A stretch of DNA of 19,690 nucleotides. It comes from Candidatus Poribacteria bacterium. GTDB lineage: Bacteria > Poribacteria > WGA-4E > UBA9662. This document shows, piece after piece, positions 16,536-19,690 of this stretch (positions are counted from its first letter, which is position 1; each line of letters starts with the position of its first letter). A program made the translations under genes and the position numbers. The notes beneath the pieces are model-generated. The model was not told the origin of the DNA, did no database searches, and saw nothing but the letters and a program-made list of their open reading frames with translations. The DNA lies in assembly GCA_046582655.1 (NCBI GenBank), contig JAYGDX010000081.1:1-19690 (forward strand), in the 5' to 3' direction.

Positions 16536-17289
16536 ATGGTCACGGTTGAAATTTGCTTAGAAGACATTGAATCGGCAGTAGCCGCCCAGCAAGGTGGTGC
16601 AAACCAAATTGAACTCTGCGACAATCTAACGGTTGGAGGAACAACACCGAGTATTGGAATGATAAGTCAGGTTCGGAAGCAGTTAGAGATTGAATTACAA
16701 GTTATCATTCTTCCCAGAGGTGGCGATTTCTGTTATTCTGACCTTGAATTTAGTGTCATGAAGGAAGATATTGAAGCCGCAAAATCGGTTGGGGCTGACG
16801 GAATTGTGACTGGTCTTTTAAACCCTGATGGTACAGCAGACGTTCAACGGACAGATGTTTTGGTTCAGGTCGCCAATCCAATTCCAGTAACTTTTCATCG
16901 TGCTTTCGATCATGCCAAAGACCCTTTTGACACCTTAGAGTCGCTGGTGGATATTGGTGTTTCCAGAATTCTATCTTCAGGTAAAGCCCCCCCAGCTATC
17001 AAAGGATTGTTACTGCTTGGTCAAACTACAAGAGACGGCACGAGACCGGATTTCGATCATGGCAGGTGGCGGCATTAACAACGAAAATGTCCAGTTAATT
17101 ATCAATCAAGCCCAGATCCGAGAAATCCATGCAGGCTCAAGTTGTACGCAAAGGCAAGATAAAAAAACATGTAATCAATCTGCAGACGTCATTATTGATC
17201 ATCAGAACACAAATAATGGATATTCGCAAGTTTTAGCCAAATTGGTCAGTCAATTAGTAGCAGCCGTGCGTGAAACAAAAGACATATAA
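16536..17289 (+). pseudogene. cutC: Copper homeostasis protein CutC, frameshifted
   Basis: VEIC, IELC, GGTTPS, PRGGDF and TFHRAFD are in the 16536 frame, and IMAGGGI and EIH are in the 16954 frame. Removing one base near 17019-17020 gives a 250-aa protein. Confidence 0.88.
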
Positions 17290-17481
17290 AAAGAGACTTC
17301 GATGAGTGATCTAATTTTCCAGTCAGACAAAAAAGTGATACCTATCGGTGACAGGACTATTGATTGCGGTCGCCATCAAGGCAAAGGGACATTGGAACAT
17401 GACCATGTACACAAAGATAACCGAACCAATTGCCGTTAAATATCCAACACGTTGCATCTCTTATATTTAAGGCGGGTATTG

Positions 17482-18504
17482 GTGGTAATTCGGATCAATA
17501 GAAGAGAATTCCTTACTAATCTAACAATTGGAGCGACGACTGCGACAGCACTCCTCGGAGGTGAAATGGCAACAGCAGAACCCAATAATCGCAGTGCTCA
17601 GAACAAAAGCTATCCATTGTTTGTTTCGACTTGGGCTTTTGGCAAAGCCACCAATAACGCAGCCCTGGGAAACTATCAACGAGACAAGTCACTATTAGAT
17701 GCCGTGGAAGCTGGCATTCAAGTCACAGAAGCTGACGTGTCGAATGCTTCTGTTGGTATCGGCGGTATTCCCAATGCCGACGGAATTGTACAACTCGACG
17801 CTTGCATTATGAATGGTCCAGATCATCAAGTTGGCAGCGTTGCCGCTATCGAAGGTATCGCACATCCTATTTCTGTTGCACGGAGGGTAATGGAGAAAAC
17901 GCCGCATGTCATGTTAGCCGGTGATGGAGCTCAGAAATTTGCACTAGATCAAGGATTTCAGCGTACAAATCTGTTGACCCAAGCCCGGCAAGAAGAGTGG
18001 AAGAATTGGCAAAAGAAGCGGGAAAAAGAGGCTCACAGTGATGCTCATGATACGATCACACTGCTGGCTTTAGATAAAAATGGTGATATTGCTGGCGGTT
18101 GTTCAACCAGTGGTTGGGGCTATAAATTACCTGGCCGTGTCGGTGATTCGCCGATCATCGGGGGAGGACTCTATGTCGACAATCAGGTGGGAGCAGCAGG
18201 CTGCACAGGGAAAGGCGAAAATTGTATGCGCTATTGCTCCTCCTTTATGGTTGTTGAGTTTATGCGTTCTGGTTTAGATCCGCAAAGTGCATGTATAGCC
18301 GCCATCAAACGGATTGCTTCTACCGACCCACTGGGTCTTAATTTGGAAATCTACTTTATTGCCTTGGATAAACGAGGAAATTACGGCGCTGCTGGTGCGG
18401 GAAAAGGATTTCAGTATGCCGTAACAACCCCAGAAGACAGTCAAGTGTTTCAAAGTGAGGCTGTCGGAGGTGGCACCGTTGGACCAGAAGGTGGTAATCG
18501 TTAA
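17482..18504 (+). CDS. N(4)-(beta-N-acetylglucosaminyl)-L-asparaginase (glycosylasparaginase, asparaginase-2 family), Tat-exported
   Basis: NRREFL Tat motif, STW, SVGIGG, LDACIM, HD|TI autoproteolysis site, GRVGDSP and TGKGE. Start is uncertain (TTG 17479 or GTG 17482 after AAGGCGG; the track uses 17452). Confidence 0.9.
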   Translation: MVIRINRREFLTNLTIGATTATALLGGEMATAEPNNRSAQNKSYPLFVSTWAFGKATNNAALGNYQRDKSLLDAVEAGIQVTEADVSNASVGIGGIPNADGIVQLDACIMNGPDHQVGSVAAIEGIAHPISVARRVMEKTPHVMLAGDGAQKFALDQGFQRTNLLTQARQEEWKNWQKKREKEAHSDAHDTITLLALDKNGDIAGGCSTSGWGYKLPGRVGDSPIIGGGLYVDNQVGAAGCTGKGENCMRYCSSFMVVEFMRSGLDPQSACIAAIKRIASTDPLGLNLEIYFIALDKRGNYGAAGAGKGFQYAVTTPEDSQVFQSEAVGGGTVGPEGGNR

Positions 18505-18698
18505 TAGCGCCACACGCAAGTTTTGCTGCCATGAAAGAGAGACCTCGGGTTCTGTCGATAATTTCCCCTGAGAATCCCCTTGGTTTTGATGGGTTTGGCA
18601 AGCTCATCTGAACAAAAAGGTCTTCCTTAATTTTAATTATCCTCAACTAAAGCATGAACACTACGCTCGGACCTAACAATTGTATTCTGAGACATAAA

Positions 18699-18730
18699 AC
18701 AAATCACAGGCATCTGATTTGTGGTATAAT
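18699..18730 (+). promoter_or_regulatory. Extended -10 promoter with overlapping 8-bp inverted repeat
   Basis: TGGTATAAT at 18722-18730; ACAAATCA-N8-TGATTTGT at 18699-18722. Confidence 0.65.
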
Positions 18731-18780
18731 TAATAAGGTTTTAATATAAATTTAAGTATCATCTTATTGAGGTGGATTTG

Positions 18781-19548
18781 ATGCAGACAGTAGATTTGGG
18801 AAAAAGTGGTATTAAAACATCACGACTGGCCATTGGAACCGGTTCCAATGGTTGGAACTATAAATCTGATCAGACAGCGCTGGGGCTGAAGGGGTTAGCA
18901 GATCTGTTCATTTATGCACATGATTGCGGCATCAGATTCTGGGATTCTGCCGATCAATACGGCAGTCACCCGCACATGAAAGAAGCCCTAAAAAGGCTTG
19001 ACCGTCAGTCTATAACCATTACGTCTAAAACAACATCACGTACCGCTAAAACCGTTGAAGACGATGTTAAACGGTTTTTAAAGGAAATTGGCACTGACTA
19101 CGTCGATATTGTACTTTTACATTGTTTGACAAACCAAGACTGGGTGGATCGTTATCCCGAAGCGATGGAAACACTCACACGCTGCAAGGAAAAAGGGCTC
19201 ATTCGCGCCCACGGGGTGTCATGCCATGACTTTGGAGCCTTTCAAACAGCGGCATTTTGCGAGTGGGTAGAGATCGTGTTAGCTCGAATCAATTACGCCG
19301 GGGTTTCCATGGATGCGTCACCACCGGATGTCATTCGGATAATGGAACACATGGCACATACAGGTAAGGGGATCTACGGTATGAAAGTATTAGGCATGGG
19401 AAAACTGACACGCGAAGAGGATGGAACTCGTCAAGCAATTGAATTTGTGATGGGACTTGATTGCGTCCATGCTATGACGATTGGAATGACAAGTCGTCAA
19501 CAAGTTGATGAAAATCTGACAATTATAAATGAGTTCCTTACTACTTAA
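18781..19548 (+). CDS. Aldo/keto reductase
   Basis: LGKSG, WDSADQYG, TSK, LLH and GMKVLG. GAGGTGG lies upstream of ATG 18781. Confidence 0.92.
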   Translation: MQTVDLGKSGIKTSRLAIGTGSNGWNYKSDQTALGLKGLADLFIYAHDCGIRFWDSADQYGSHPHMKEALKRLDRQSITITSKTTSRTAKTVEDDVKRFLKEIGTDYVDIVLLHCLTNQDWVDRYPEAMETLTRCKEKGLIRAHGVSCHDFGAFQTAAFCEWVEIVLARINYAGVSMDASPPDVIRIMEHMAHTGKGIYGMKVLGMGKLTREEDGTRQAIEFVMGLDCVHAMTIGMTSRQQVDENLTIINEFLTT

Positions 19549-19688
19549 ACGCCAAGATATGCTTCGGCTAAAAAGAGCGATAATTTCTGCTCTGATAATT
19601 TCTGCTCTGATATCCCCTGCAAGAGGACAGCTATATCCGTCAGAGAACATCGATTTATCGGATCAAATTGATCTACAAGTATCAGATG
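19545..19688 (-). CDS. Possible 3' end of a convergent gene entering from the right edge
   Basis: The frame is open from the edge: HLILVDQFDPINRCSLTDIAVLLQGISEQKLSEQKLSLFLAEAYLGV*. Its TAA shares the TTAA at 19545-19548 with the AKR stop. Confidence 0.4.
   Translation of the reverse strand, partial: HLILVDQFDPINRCSLTDIAVLLQGISEQKLSEQKLSLFLAEAYLGV
19579..19612. repeat. Perfect tandem duplication, 2 x 15 bp (GATAATTTCTGCTCT) plus GATA
   Basis: 19579-19593 and 19594-19608 are identical. Confidence 0.95.
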
Positions 19689-19690
19689 AG

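Noticed and set aside
16987..16993. C7 tract as a phase-variable switch for cutC
   Set aside because: Deleting a C restores the frame but destroys the CutC-like AxxGLxxL segment that follows, so the lesion is more likely near 17019-17020.
18356..18646. 96-aa minus-strand ORF
   Set aside because: It has a TTG start with no RBS, overlaps the glycosylasparaginase 3' end, and has no recognisable motif.
1633..19650. Remaining short track ORFs nested in or antisense to the called genes
   Set aside because: They are shadow ORFs with no motifs or RBS.

Overview
Bacterial chromosomal window with no rRNA, tRNA, CRISPR array or intact mobile element that I can recognise. The left half is on the minus strand. 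Read from right to left it holds a five-gene family-5 (Opp/Dpp-type, probably oligosaccharide) ABC importer, then nfo, an unannotated 54-aa membrane zinc-ribbon ORF, a PhnP-like MBL-fold hydrolase and copZ. Last comes the 5' end of a secreted beta-rich surface protein that the ORF track missed, with a near-consensus sigma70 promoter and a leader of about 350 nt. The right half is on the plus strand: a small membrane protein, two Gfo/Idh/MocA oxidoreductases, a frameshift-split multidomain serine hydrolase, a GGT-family Ntn-hydrolase with a non-canonical substrate pocket, a frameshifted cutC, a Tat-exported glycosylasparaginase and an aldo/keto reductase. The gene content is reminiscent of catabolically versatile marine lineages such as Poribacteria, but that is only an impression. 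I see no clearly new multi-gene system. The best leads are the surface-protein gene with its long leader, the TatA-like/zinc-ribbon microprotein, the fused hydrolase architecture and the atypical GGT. All family calls come from motif recognition by eye, with no database searches.
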